DNA from: Podarcis muralis
Taxonomy: Eukaryota
NCBI RefSeq assembly: GCF_964188315.1
Contig: NC_135664.1
Coordinates: 16,740,001 to 16,804,000, forward strand
Direction of reading: 5' to 3'
Length of the DNA stretch: 64,000 bases
The notes beneath the pieces were generated by a model. The model worked only from the letters and a program-made list of their open reading frames with translations, did no database searches and was not told the origin of the DNA. Of the stretch, positions 24,451-36,086 are shown one piece after another; position 1 is the first letter of the stretch, and the number at the start of each line of letters is the position of its first letter. Both the position numbers and the translations under genes were made by a program.

Positions 24451-25280
24451 TCATAAAATCACAGAATTGTAGAGTTGGAATGGATCCTAAGGGCCATTTA
24501 GTCCAACCCCATGAAATGCAGGAATCTCAACAAACTCATACACGACAGATGACCATCCAACTTCTGCTTAAAGCCTCAAATGAAGGAGACTCCACCACCT
24601 TCTGAGGGAGTCTGTTCCACTGTCAAAAAGCTCTTGTCAGAAAGTTCTTCCTGATGTCTCCTTGGAATCTGCTTTCTTGTAACTTGAATCCATTGGTTTG
24701 GGTCCTAGCTTCTGGAGCAGGAGAAAGTAAGCTTGCCCCATCCTCCACGTGACAGCCCTTTAGATATTTGAAGATGGCTTTCATATCTCTTAAGTCTTCT
24801 CTTTTCACACTAAACATGCCCAGCTCCTTCAACCGTTCCTGATAAGGTTTGGTGTTCAGACCCTTTATCATCCTAACCAACCTCCTCTGCACACGTTTCA
24901 GCTTGTCAATATCCTTCTTTAAAGTGTGGTGCCCAGAACTGGACACAGGACTCCAGGAGTGCTCTGACCAAAGCAGAATAGAGGAGGACTATTACTTCCC
25001 TTGATCGGGACAGTATACTTCTGTTGATGCAGTCTACAATAGCATTCCCTTTTTTTGCTGCTGCATCACACTGTTTACTCAAGTCAAGCTTGTGGTCCAC
25101 AAAGACCCTTATATCTCTTTAACATGTACTACTGGTAATCCAGGTGTCCCACATCTTATATTCATGCAACTGGTTTTTCCTGCCTAAGTGTAGAACCTTA
25201 CACTGAAATTCATTCTGCTAGTTTGGGCCCAGTTCTCCAATCTGTTAAGGTCATATTGAATCCCAATTCTGCCTTCTGTC
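24451..25280 (-). mobile_element. CR1 LINE 3' fragment
   Basis: ORF2 C-terminal remnant KKDIDKLKRVQRR..RMIKGL..KPYQERLKELGMFS...FKYLKGCH...NGFKLQESRF..IRKNFLT, plus CR1 3' hairpin and ATTCT(A/G)TG-like tail. Confidence 0.92.
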
Positions 25281-25879
25281 TTAACCCCGGGTTCCTGCAT
25301 GCAGAAATGTCATTATCTTTGAACCCAAATCTGGGTTCATTGGTTCCCCCAAGTAGTACTGCAATTTCCAGTAATATACAATGGACTCTGGATAAAAGGG
25401 ATTCAAAATATCACACCTCATGGATTACAAGGGTCAGTGAAACATGTGAACAGGCCCAGATGTAGGCTGGCAAAACACTCATAGTCATGTGAAAAAAATC
25501 ACTCAATAATCCTAGCACTAAATTGTAAGTCATTAGAGAACTACAAATTAAATTTAAATCTACTCTTCTTGCTTTTTAAAAAAATCTTGAAGAGAATCCT
25601 TTCACAGTGTTGATTATACTAATCATGCCTATTGCCCAAACAAGCACCTGTAGACGATTCTTAATGACGCTTTGAATTTGCTGAGTAGAAGATGGAGGAA
25701 CAGACCCTGAGCTACAAAGCTAGCAGGAATAATGACTACTTTGTGCTGTTCTATTTTTGAAAGGGAATACTACTAAGCCTCAGAGCTTCTGCATCTGCTT
25801 ATGTGCCACATAAAACAAAAGAGACTATGCAGGGGAGGAATTTCCCAACCTCTACACAATACTATTGTTGTCTGGTGTA

Positions 25880-26270
25880 TTTGGGGCTGTCTTTAAAACA
25901 CCCTGGAAACCATAGTTGGTCTATAACTGGGATGCAAGATTATTAACAGGCACTGGGTAGTTTGACCATATTACAACAATGCTTCTGTCAGTTGTACTGG
26001 CTCCCAGTCCATTTCAGGGACAAATTAAAATGGCTGTTTTTAACCTTTAAAGCTCTACATAGTTTGGGACAAGGTTACCTGAAAGACTACCATCTGTCAT
26101 TTGTTCCTATTTAAACCCCAGTCCCCAGTGCCTCTACTGAATGAACTGAACCAGTGTCTTTTCAGTGGTGGCACCTCAGTTATAGAACAACCTTCCCAAC
26201 GAGGTTTGCCTGGCACACACTTTTGTGATCTTTTTGGTGTCAGGCCTTTGTTCACCCAGGCCTTTTAAAT
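25880..26270 (+). mobile_element. Old L2 LINE 3' fragment
   Basis: gaccatattaca...tggctcccagtccatttcagg...taacctttaaagctctaca...ttttcagtggtggcacc; degraded L2 pattern. Confidence 0.65.
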
Positions 26271-26980
26271 AAACTGAGGTAAATGTCATCCTCTGCTGTT
26301 TGTTTTTTGTTTTTGTTTTGTTTTGTTTAAAAAAACTCTTAATTTGCTCTTAATTTTGGAGGTGCGGCAAATTCTGTTCAATATATATATTTATATTATA
26401 CATCGTAGGGTTCTTGGTGCCAAAACTCTGGTCCCAGGAAGCACACGACAACCAGCTTTCAAATCACCAGAATTACCAATGATAGGCCATGTGGTCCATT
26501 GCATGCTGGACTCGGGCTAAGGCCAAGCCGAACTACACATTACACCAGGAGATCTCCTGGGGCTTTTTGCTTTGGGCCAAGTGCATAATTAGCTGCTGCT
26601 TTACACCCAGAGTTCCTTCACATCTCTATCTAATGAGGGCGAGCCATTTGCTTTCCATGAAGGAAGCTATGCTAAAGTTTGCTTTCTCTGTGCACTTGCA
26701 ATGGGTCTGCACAGTTGCCTGCGGAATGAAAATAAAGAGATCGCATTGTCTTGGGGCATGTGCAGAGTGCCAGCTCTGGGAACACTGGTTAATTTCTGAT
26801 TTTGTATGTGTGTGTGTGTGGCAAAAATATGCCTCAAGGGACTATTCCTGTGTATTTCTTGTGATTTCCGTTTAGCAACACAACTGTAGGTCCACCTCAC
26901 CCTGCAGATATGCCATGAGAAACATGTTCAAATTGAACTTGATCTTTAAAGTTTCATTGCTCTTTCCAAGCATTTTGTAC

Positions 26981-27103
26981 CTCTCTTGCAGTCATCACAT
27001 ACAAGTTCTCTTGGAGAGCATCTAGAGCGAGATCTTTCTGGATAGGCTTGTTTTTTTCAACAAGGACTCCAGCATATTCCTTTTCAGGATTCGACAGAAA
27101 CAC
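26981..27103 (-). CDS. PLXNB2: Plexin-B2 coding exon 3 (end of Sema domain), 123 nt
   Basis: VFLSNPEKEYAGVLVEKNKPIQKDLALDALQENLYVMTARE; acceptor tgtattccag, donor GAG|GTACAA, phase 0/0; position and motif spacing fit the orthologous exon. Confidence 0.9.
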
Positions 27104-28022
27104 CTGGAATACAGATTCACTACATTATCTTAGCTATTTCAGTAAATAAAAAACGTATTTAAGTTGAAACACATTTAGACATTTTCATTTTAAAACAAAA
27201 CCACTCCGAGAAATAATGGTTGAGCTGCAAGAAAGGAGCACTGCTCTTCCAAAACATCAATGCCTTTTCAAAATCTCGCTCTATTATGGCGAAATTATCA
27301 GTTTCTATCTGGGCAAAGCTCTTTGCCATTTTTTCATGTGTTATGATTAAGATCATAGAATCATACAACTGTACATCTGGAAGGGCCCACAAGAGTCACA
27401 CAAGTTTCAACATTACACTCAATATATTCATTCATAATTTCTGATCCTTATTCTGTATTAGGGATATCTATTAAGGGTTTATACTCAAGAGACCTTGCTG
27501 TTAGCCTGGACATATTCTAACCCCTCTTACTTTTTCATTTGCTAATGAAATTAACTCGCTTTGCCATTGGGTCTGAGCGTTCTGCTCACGAGCTCCATTC
27601 TTGCAAGTGCTTCAATATGCCCCTTGACTTCCTTGCTCCTGGCAGGCTAGTAGCGTTTGCTGTTCTATCAAGCTCTGGTATGCAAAAATCATTTGCCTGC
27701 AAGTCGTAATTGGAAACATCATTCAAAGTGGGTTCCCAGTTTTAGTCCATAGGCCAAATGTAGTTTGCACAAACCATAGCTTTCCCATTTCAAACACAGC
27801 AGTGAACTGGTCATGCAAGGAGACAAGGAAGAGCAGTAATATAGCTCATCGTCAATGGCTATAGTTATCTGTTGGGAATGGGACAAAAAGGATACATTAG
27901 TATGAGGCAGAACTCTATCAGGCTTTGATTAAATGAAGACTTTGGTTGCCCTAACTCTACTAAATAACAACGGCAACAAATGGGAGGCGTTCCAGGTTTC
28001 TGCCAGGCTAATGGGTTTATAA

Positions 28023-28390
28023 GGGACACGGGTGGCGCTGTGGGTAGAACCTCAGTGCCTAGGACTTGCCGATCGTATGGTCGGCGGTTCGAATCCCCGC
28101 GGCGGGGTGAGCTCCTGTCTTTCGGTCCCAGCTCCTGCCCACCTAGCAGTTTGAAAGCACCCCTAAGTGCAAGTAGATAAATAGGTACCGCTTTATAGCG
28201 GGAAGGTAAATGGCGTTTCCGTGTGCTGCGCTGGTGCTGGCTCGCCAGAGCAGCTTCGTCACGCTGGCCACGTGACCCGGAAGTGTCTCCGGACAGCGCT
28301 GGCCCCCGGCCTCTTAAGTGAGATGGGTGCACAACCCTAGAGTCGGACACGACTGGCCCGTACGGGCAGGGGTACCTTTACCTTTACCTT
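28023..28390 (+). mobile_element. Sauria SINE, full length, variant B
   Basis: 12-bp TSD taatgggtttat. Confidence 0.93.
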
Positions 28391-28452
28391 TAATGGGTTT
28401 ATGTTTATTTGAATTTTAATGCACACACAGGAACAGCTTTGAGAAGGACATA

Positions 28453-28692
28453 CAGTGGTACCTCAGTTTAAGAACAGTCCTGCTTACGAACGATTCGGTT
28501 TACGAATTCCGCAAAATTGGAAGTAGTGTTCCGGTTTGCGAACTTTACCTCGGTCTACAAACAGAAACTGAATGGTGGAAGGGCATCGGTAGTGAAGGCC
28601 TCATTAGGGAAAGCGCACCTCGGTTTAAGAACAGATTCGGTTTAAGAAAGAATTTCAGGATCAGATTTAGTTCGTAAGCCGAGGTACCACTG
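28453..28692. mobile_element. Tigger-like MITE
   Basis: TIRs cagtggtacctc / gaggtaccactg; TA flanks; inverted relative to the 30097 copy. Confidence 0.88.
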
Positions 28693-29039
28693 TATTTGAA
28701 CATGATTTTATTGATTTTGGGCTGAAATATGTTCACATATTTTGATTTCATGGTGTTCAGGAATGGTTATTTTTTATGATTACTTTTAATTCTGGGGTTC
28801 AATACGTCACTATTGCCACAATACATATAAACAAATTGTTTGAATATGCTTATCGGATTTACTTCATGAAATGTTTTATTGAAAGTTTGTTCCATTTAAA
28901 AGTCAAGCAACATACTGGATAAACCTTATATCTATGGCAGATTCATTCTGGCCATAGCTTTCTTATATTGCAAAAATAGGCCATGCTTCTTTTTTAAACA
29001 ACAACAACAAGAAGAAAGCATTTAAGACACTGAGGTTAC

Positions 29040-29222
29040 CTTCAGGATTCTGCCGTCCGATGTCCCAACAAATGCTACTGTATGCGTGTTCTCAACGGCA
29101 AAGGTCACTGCAGTTAAGTCTATACCCTTCTTCTTCAATAAAGGTTCTGTAGTAATTCCCTCTCTGCTTCCCAGAGGGTATGGTAAATGTTCAGAACCAC
29201 ATGGAAAGGCTTGGCTTGAATT
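29040..29222 (-). CDS. PLXNB2: Plexin-B2 coding exon 2 (Sema domain), 183 nt
   Basis: [61 protein letters not shown]; acceptor catttcttag, donor AAG|GTAACC, phase 0/0. Confidence 0.96.
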
Positions 29223-30096
29223 CTAAGAAATGAAGCAAGAAACAGAAACACAACAATTAGACGGGTGATAAACTCTGAACTTTGAAACTAGGGATGAAAT
29301 CCAATCCACCCCCCTCTTTTATGCCACACTATGTGTAGAGGGGGTTTGACTGGATGGAGACACCTCTCTGCTCAGCTTACATCACTGCTGGTGCAGATCT
29401 CCCCCATCCTTGCTAGTTGAAGGTCCCACAGGTGGGGGATGAGACCTCAGGTGGCTTATGATCCATCCCTGACCGAAGGTGGTTGCAGAAATATCTCAGG
29501 TATCCCCTGGACAAAGATTCTGTGGGCTGGATATATGGTACAGGTGGCACCCAAATTCAGCCCAAATTGATGCATGTTGTGATGTGGAAACTCCTCTCTG
29601 CGTATCTTAAGCAGGGCATCCATATGAAGATGTTTGGATGTGAGGGTCCTTATTTAGTAGGAAAGCCCTTGCTTGAAGAGGCTGTATCAAGGGATCATGG
29701 CCTATGCTTGGATTGGGAGGCACTGCAGTTGTTCCTAGGGACAGGAAGGCACAGAAAACCGCTCCATTGGAAATCCTTTTTTATTTTCTCTATGGAAGAT
29801 TCCCCTTCTACCCCCACCACCACACACAGTTTTTCAAACTGAAAAATGGGATATTTGGAGGATACTTTAAAAAGTCTCCTGTGTAATATTTCCCCCTTTC
29901 AGAATGAGGGAAATCATTTTACAGCTTTTTATTTTTTAAAAGAAATACAAGATAGAAAATATTAAAATCTGGCCACACTCAAATCTAAGGTGAATTTCTG
30001 GATGTAAAGTACATGATAGGAAGCTTTTTATTTTATTTTTTAAAAGAGTCATCCATAATTTCGCTGAGTTTCAGATACAAGCTATAAAAGCTAATA

Positions 30097-30337
30097 CAGT
30101 GGTACCTTTGTTTAAGAACTTAATCCGTTCTGGAAGTCCGTTCTTAAACCAAAACCATTCTTAAACTGAGGTGGGCTTTCTCTAATGAAGCCTTCCACCG
30201 CCGGTGCCCTTCCACCGTTCGGATTCCGTTCTTAGACCAAGGTAAAGTTCTCAAACCAAGACACTATTTCCTGTTTTGTGGAGTTGGTAAACCATATTGT
30301 TCTTAAAACGGACTGTTCTTAAACAGAGGTACCAGTG
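30097..30337. mobile_element. Tigger-like MITE (same family as 28453, opposite orientation)
   Basis: TIRs cagtggtacctttgtttaagaac / gttcttaaacagaggtaccagtg; TA flanks. Confidence 0.88.
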
Positions 30338-30467
30338 TAATGATGTTGTGGAGAATGTGGCAAGATTTTTGAGTGACGCTATGAAATTACGTCACCATAG
30401 GTCCTGAGAGCCATCTTCGTACCTCATGATGCCTGGACAGTTTTATCCTAAAGCGTCTCCTACTATG

Positions 30468-30828
30468 GGACGCGGGTGGTGCTGTGGGTTAAACCACAGA
30501 GCCTAGGACTTGCTGATCAGAAGGACGGCGCTTTTAATCCCCGTGACGGGGTGAGCTCCTGTTGTTTGGTCCCTGCTCCTGCCAACCTAGCAGTTCGAAA
30601 GCACGCCAAAGTGCAAGTAGATAAATAGGTACCGCTCTGGCAGGAAGGTAAACGGAGGGGAAGGCGTTTCCGTGCACTGCTCTGGTTCGCCAGAAGTGGC
30701 TTAGTCATGCTGGCCACATGACCCGGAAGCTGTACGCCGGCTCCCTCAGCCAATAAAGCGAGATGAGTGCCGCAACCCCAGAGTCGGTCACGACTGGACA
30801 TAATGGTCAGGGGTCCCTTTACATTTAG
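30468..30828 (+). mobile_element. Sauria SINE, full length, variant A
   Basis: 11-bp TSD ctcctactatg. Confidence 0.93.
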
Positions 30829-31413
30829 CTCCTACTATGTTTCGTTAACTGTGCTGTGTTCTGATCCATGTATATGATGCACTTTTTTATGCCAATAAAG
30901 GAGATTGATTGATAGATAAAAAAGTTATAGATATAAGCTTGTCATAATTACACTGACACTTAATGTTGTTCTCCCCACATTATTGTCTCTAAGAATGAGA
31001 ATAACTAATATCTCAATTTTAGCTTTTTCAAAAGGATTAGATGACAAACTGATAACAAATGCCACCTTAAAGACAGAAAACCAACTCTGTGCCCCCAAAC
31101 TGCATCCATGAAGGCCTGTTCAGTGGGGTCCATAGTGCAAAATTCTGGTGCTGGTTTCTGCTATGAATGTTAGTGATGAGGGGGAAGGGGGCAATGGGCC
31201 TCATCCAGTTCAAATGGAGCAATTTAAAACTGGATTTATCTCAGTGTAGGTCATACAAAGCAAATCTGTCTCACTGAGACAATGGCACCTTTCGACTGGA
31301 TTAAGCCCACTTAAAACACCTGAATGGTCAAATTTACACTTTGCTTCCAAAAGCGAACATTAGGTGCATAACTATTTTTGTCAGTTGAATATTAACCTGA
31401 TTAAGTACAACTT

Positions 31414-31660
31414 CTCCTGCCAACCTAGCAATTCAAAAGCACGCAGTGCAAGTAGATAAATAGGTACTGCTCCAGCAGGAAGGTAAACGGTGTTTCTGTG
31501 TGCTGCTCTGGTTCACCAGAAGCAGCTTAGTCATGCTGGCCACGTGACCTGGAAGCTGTCTGCGGACAAACGCCGGCTCCCTCAGCCAGTAAAGCGAGAT
31601 GAGCGCCACAACCCCAGAGTCGTCCCCGACTGGACCTAACGGTCAGGGGTCCCTTTACTT
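31414..31660 (+). mobile_element. Sauria SINE, 5'-truncated, intermediate between variants A and C
   Basis: Imperfect TSD taagtacaactt/taaatacaactt; 245 bp from the coding exon 1 donor. Confidence 0.9.
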
Positions 31661-31905
31661 TTAAATACAACTTAGTATAAAACAGTGATATAACATTGCC
31701 AGGGAAGAAGAAAAAAGATTTCACATGTTATGCAAAAAAATATCTGGAGCCAAAAAGACCTGTGCTGAAACATTTTCGATTCCAGCTCCCAGGCCTTACA
31801 CTTTTGCTTCACAGATTTAAAATGTGTTTCTAAAACGCAGGGTTTTCAACCTTTCTGTCCCTCCCTTTTCAAATAAATAATTTTTTTTTAAAGCTTTCAT
31901 ATTAC

Positions 31906-33009
31906 CGGGTGAGACTGAGAAGTGCACGGAGCGGTTTCTGTTCGGAAAGGTTTGTAAAACACGTTCCGTTTATCCTTCATATAGCATTGCTCCCGTTTTT
32001 CCTCCATTTTTTGGTTGATCTTCTCCAAGGAAAACACACACATGGCAGATTCCACAGAGTTATTGTCTTTGTTGATCCTCCTGAAAAGTGCAATTAGCAT
32101 TTTGTCCTCTGATGAGGCACCATCCTCTTGCTCTGATGGTGCTGGATCCTGCCCAGGCACAGAGGCATAGACAGCATTACACTGGTTGTAAGGACCACTG
32201 GGATCTATACATTCCAAGTCCATTTCAAAGTAGGAATGGTACTGTTCATCTTCCTTGCAGAGCCGCCCAATTACTGTCCGGTTTTTAAGCGGCTGCTTTT
32301 CATACTGATTGAAAATGAAATACACATATTTGCTGTCTTCAAAGATGTACAGAAACTGCTGCGTGCTTGAGGAAGGGTACGTCGATTTGATCACAGCAGG
32401 CTCTGCATACAGTTCAAAAATGTCTTTCCCATCCCCGTCGAAAAGTTGCCGAGTGCTGATTATGATCCCGTTGTCACTTGGTCCATTCCCCTTTCCCACA
32501 AACATCATTCGGCCTTTTTTCAAAGAGGTGATCAGCCCCACTGTGGCTACCTCCTCGTCGTTGCTTGCAACAAACGATTTCTCCCCGCTGCCGTTCTCAT
32601 AGTAAACAATCTTTGAAATGTTCTCGAGCTCCCTTATGCAACAGATGCCCTTAAACAGGCTCCCGCAAACCACAATTTGTCCCTCTTGTGTGTCCAGCAA
32701 AAATATCTTATTGTAATTGTCAGTATCTTTTGCTTCGGTACACTGGTTTGCATCAATGGGAGGTGTGCACATTTTGTTATCAAGTTGTGGCCCAGTGGAT
32801 ACCTCACCCACGGACGGATAGGGTTTCAAGTCTCCCGTAAGCTGATGAAGGGCATTAACTGCTCCTAAATAGACTGTCCCTGTTTTGTGGTTCACCGTCA
32901 GGTGGTTCAGTTCTGTGTTGGTCAGAAACGAATCCCATTTCTTAGGCCTCAATGCACAGGTCAAACAAGAGAAGCTCAGAATGCTCAGGGTCCAAATCCA
33001 AACAGCCAT
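31906..33009 (-). CDS. PLXNB2: Plexin-B2 coding exon 1 (signal peptide and most of Sema domain), 368 aa
   Basis: MAVWIWTLSILSFSCLTCALRPKKWDSF...ELNHL...YLGAVNALHQL...GPQLDNKMCTPPIDA...CGSLFKGIC...GSGEKSFVASNDE...FVGKGNGPSDNGIIISTR matches the PLXNB2 N-terminus as recalled. Acceptor tttctttctcag at 33023, 13-nt UTR, ATG in strong context (gaaATGg), donor CCG|GTAATA, phase 0. Confidence 0.97.
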
Positions 33010-34481
33010 TTCTGTGCGATACCTGAGAAAGAAACAAATGAAATATATTACTTCTAGCTGAAAATAAGATCTGTTCCTGTATAATCTTGCTAAGGAATTA
33101 AGATATTTGGCAAAAAAAATCACAATCAACGGAGAAGGTTCAGTTGGCTTTGTTATTAATAAGAGGAACTAAACAGAGCTGCCCTGTATTGCTGCTACTT
33201 TTTGTGGTAGCAATAGAGGTTCTAGCAATAAATTTGAGATTGCAAAGCGGTATTGAGGGTATCATGGTTGAAGGAACGAAGCACAAATCAAATCTTTTTG
33301 CAGATGATGTGCTTTGAATACTTCAGAAGGCGAGCATTAAGAGTTTAAATCCCTTCTCAAAAATAACAGGCTTAAAAATAAATTATAATAAATAAGTTAT
33401 ACTGCCCATCAGTGTCCCTCATCAGGAGCATGCTTGGTTATATAATAATTAAGGCGTCAACTTATCATATGGTGGGTTTAAATTCTTGCGTCTAATTGCT
33501 ACTGCCAAAATTAATCAGCAGTGCCGAAGAAAGTGTGGCTGGTTATTGTGTGGAAATGGTACTGGTAGGAATTGGGGTGGGGGTTGGCATAGCACTGACA
33601 TTTTCAACAGCAGCTATGTTTCTTATAATGCACAATTCTGCCATTTATTTATTTTGCTTGTCCCTCCCCCCCCCAAAGTGTATAACCTCCTCCCCCACCT
33701 TCCGCTTCTACACCAGGAGTTGTTCGAAGTGGCTTACAAATAGCAACAAAAACCAACAAACAAAAACCCAATGATTAAAGCACAAATTATTGAACTAAAA
33801 CCGCAGCCCACATCCCTCGCCCCTGCAAACCAGAATTCACAGTCAATTTTTCTGCACTCCCTGGTGGGCAGGAAACATTGCAACAAAACACCACCACCAC
33901 AAACTGGCTTATAAGTATAAAACCAAATTTACTAGAATAGCAGCTAGAATAGAGATAGACTTGTAACCATTCAAACAACAAACATACTAAGGTGCCATGT
34001 GCAAGACAAAGCCTGGAGATACAGTAAACATGGAGTGGATAAATGTACAACTCTATCTTAACAAGTTACATGTGCAGTAAATGTTATACGGATTGGATAA
34101 ATGAACTGTTCAACAAGTAGTGTAAGTCCAATCACAGAACAGCAACCCCGTGCCGCCACAACGGCAAGGGTAACACAGCGGAGAATATGAAAAAGTTTTT
34201 CAAAGCTTTTTCAGAGATTGAACTGGATAAGATGTTCTTCAATGGGTCTTGAGTTGGAAACACAAAGCCGTATGCATGGATCAGATCAATCACGGGAAGG
34301 CAAATCAAAGCCACCACCCTGGTGAGAATAACGCAAGTGGGCAAAAGGAGACCTGCTCTCTGGATATATTACAGGTTTCGCTACACACTTCATCAGTCCG
34401 AAAAGCCAGTAATACAAAATGGTTTGCTCAGGATAAAGAAAGTATTCACAGGCACCACAGCTGGAACATTGACATTGAAAT

Positions 34482-34847
34482 GGCCTGGTTCACACAACAT
34501 ACTAAACCAAACTTTGGCTTTGCACAAGGGTACATACGGGCTCTTGGGAGAGGAACTTGTAGCTGCCTTGCTCTTCCCTGCCACACAAAGCTAAGCCAAG
34601 GTTTGGCTTAGTGTGCACTCTGAACTGGGGTTTGCGGTTAAACTCTCTCCTCATTAACCCTAAACGGTAACCAAGAACAAAGGTTACAGCTCGTGGTTAG
34701 TGAGGCCATCTCTTAACCTCGGTTTAGCACTCAGTGCAGCACAGTGCAGTAGCAAAAAGGACTGGGGTGAAGCAAAGCACATGCCAAGCTCCTCTCCAGG
34801 AGCCCAGGAATCAACATTTGCCCTTAATGTGTTGCCCGAATAAGGCC
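34482..34847. mobile_element. Palindromic MITE, possibly PIF/Harbinger-like
   Basis: Imperfect long TIRs ggcctggttcacacaacata / tgtgttgcccgaataaggcc and gggctcttgggagaggaacttg / caagctcctctccaggagccc; 3-bp flanks aat/aac. Confidence 0.6.
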
Positions 34848-35006
34848 AACATGTATGCCATGCTTTGACTTTAACTCAGATAGCAGCAAATGACTTATGT
34901 TTCTAAAAACCAGCTGTGTTGCTCAAATGACAGCTAGCATTGCTTATGAGAAGACGTGGCTCTCTCGTTTACTACCACCTTAGCAGTGTGTTTACAAAAT
35001 AAAAAA

Positions 35007-35462
35007 TTCACCATGACATCACATAGCATGTCCATGACTACAGCCTGCACCCAAAAAAATCACGCATCCACTGTTTCGTGGGGCTGCAATGGCGCAAAAA
35101 CGTGGTTACAAAGCATGGATTCACATGGATCCTCAGGATTTTTGCATTGGGTCACTTCACCATCAGATCACATAGCATGTCCATGGCTACAGCCTGCACC
35201 CAAAAAATCATGCATCCACTGTTGCGTGGGGCCGCAACAGTGTAAAAACATAGTTACAAAGCATGGATCCACATGGATCCTCAGGATTTTTGCATTGGGC
35301 TACCCCAAACTCACCATCAAATCACATGTCTGTGGCCACAGCATGAACCACAAAAATCATACATCCACTGTTTCGTTCAGAATATTTTTTTTCCTTGTTT
35401 CCCCCCTCTAAAAACTAGGTGCGTCTTATTGTCAGGTGTGTCTTATGGAGCGAAAAATATGG
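35007..35462 (+). mobile_element. Tc2/pogo-like element, left end missing, with a ~149-bp tandem-repeat core
   Basis: Right end aaaaactaggtgcgtctta...tcttatggagcgaaaaatatgg plus TA; about 2.4 repeat units starting at 35007, 35156 and 35311. Confidence 0.8.
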
Positions 35463-36086
35463 TAGTTTAAAGGTAAGCCAGCTTTCTCAGCTTAACTTCC
35501 AGCTGTAATCTACAGATAATCACACTGGCCTATCTTAAACGTATGTTTCAAGAACTAACAAGAGATGGTACACAGAATGATCTGATCATTCATGAAAAAG
35601 TACTACCCAGTAATGCTATTTTCTCAGTGCTGATTCAGTTCAAGTCCAAACATGGGAGAGTGTTGGAGCCCACACTCGGTTGGCACATCTAACACAGTGA
35701 TCAGGGGCAGCCAATCTAACTCAAGCTATGTGGCCTTCCTCAAACTTGCCATACTTGGTTGCACCAAACCAATGCAAGAACCCATTGGGTAACCACTTAA
35801 GTAGTTTGCTAGACAACCTCCTTCTCTCTGCAGTCGCATGCAGGCAGCCAAAGCAGGATGTTCACTGAACTACTGGTTGGCTGTCCTACGTGGATTATGT
35901 ACAACAGCACTAGTGTCTCTGTTCCTTTATTATTGCAAACATTTCTCAATCATGTTCTCTACTTCCAAAAGGCACTGAAGGAGTATGTAATGCAAGACTT
36001 GTGGATGCCAAAAATCTTGGTTAAAATTAGCTTCCTACACAAACATACACTCATGCATTAGCAAACCCGGTCTTCTTGCAGACCGC

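Noticed and set aside
29340-29760. GC-balanced stretch with 119-aa and 60-aa ORFs in coding intron 1
   Set aside because: No recognisable protein motif or repeat ends; possibly an old TE, but I cannot support a call.
33010-33129. 40-aa N-terminal extension in the ORF track (start 33129)
   Set aside because: Positions 33023-33129 are intronic: a polypyrimidine tract and AG acceptor sit at 33023, and plexin similarity starts at the ATG at 33009.
35007-35378. CRISPR-like interpretation of the repeat arrays here and at 10956 and 17243
   Set aside because: Repeats are contiguous without unique spacers of constant length, there are no cas-like ORFs, and the context is a vertebrate intron.
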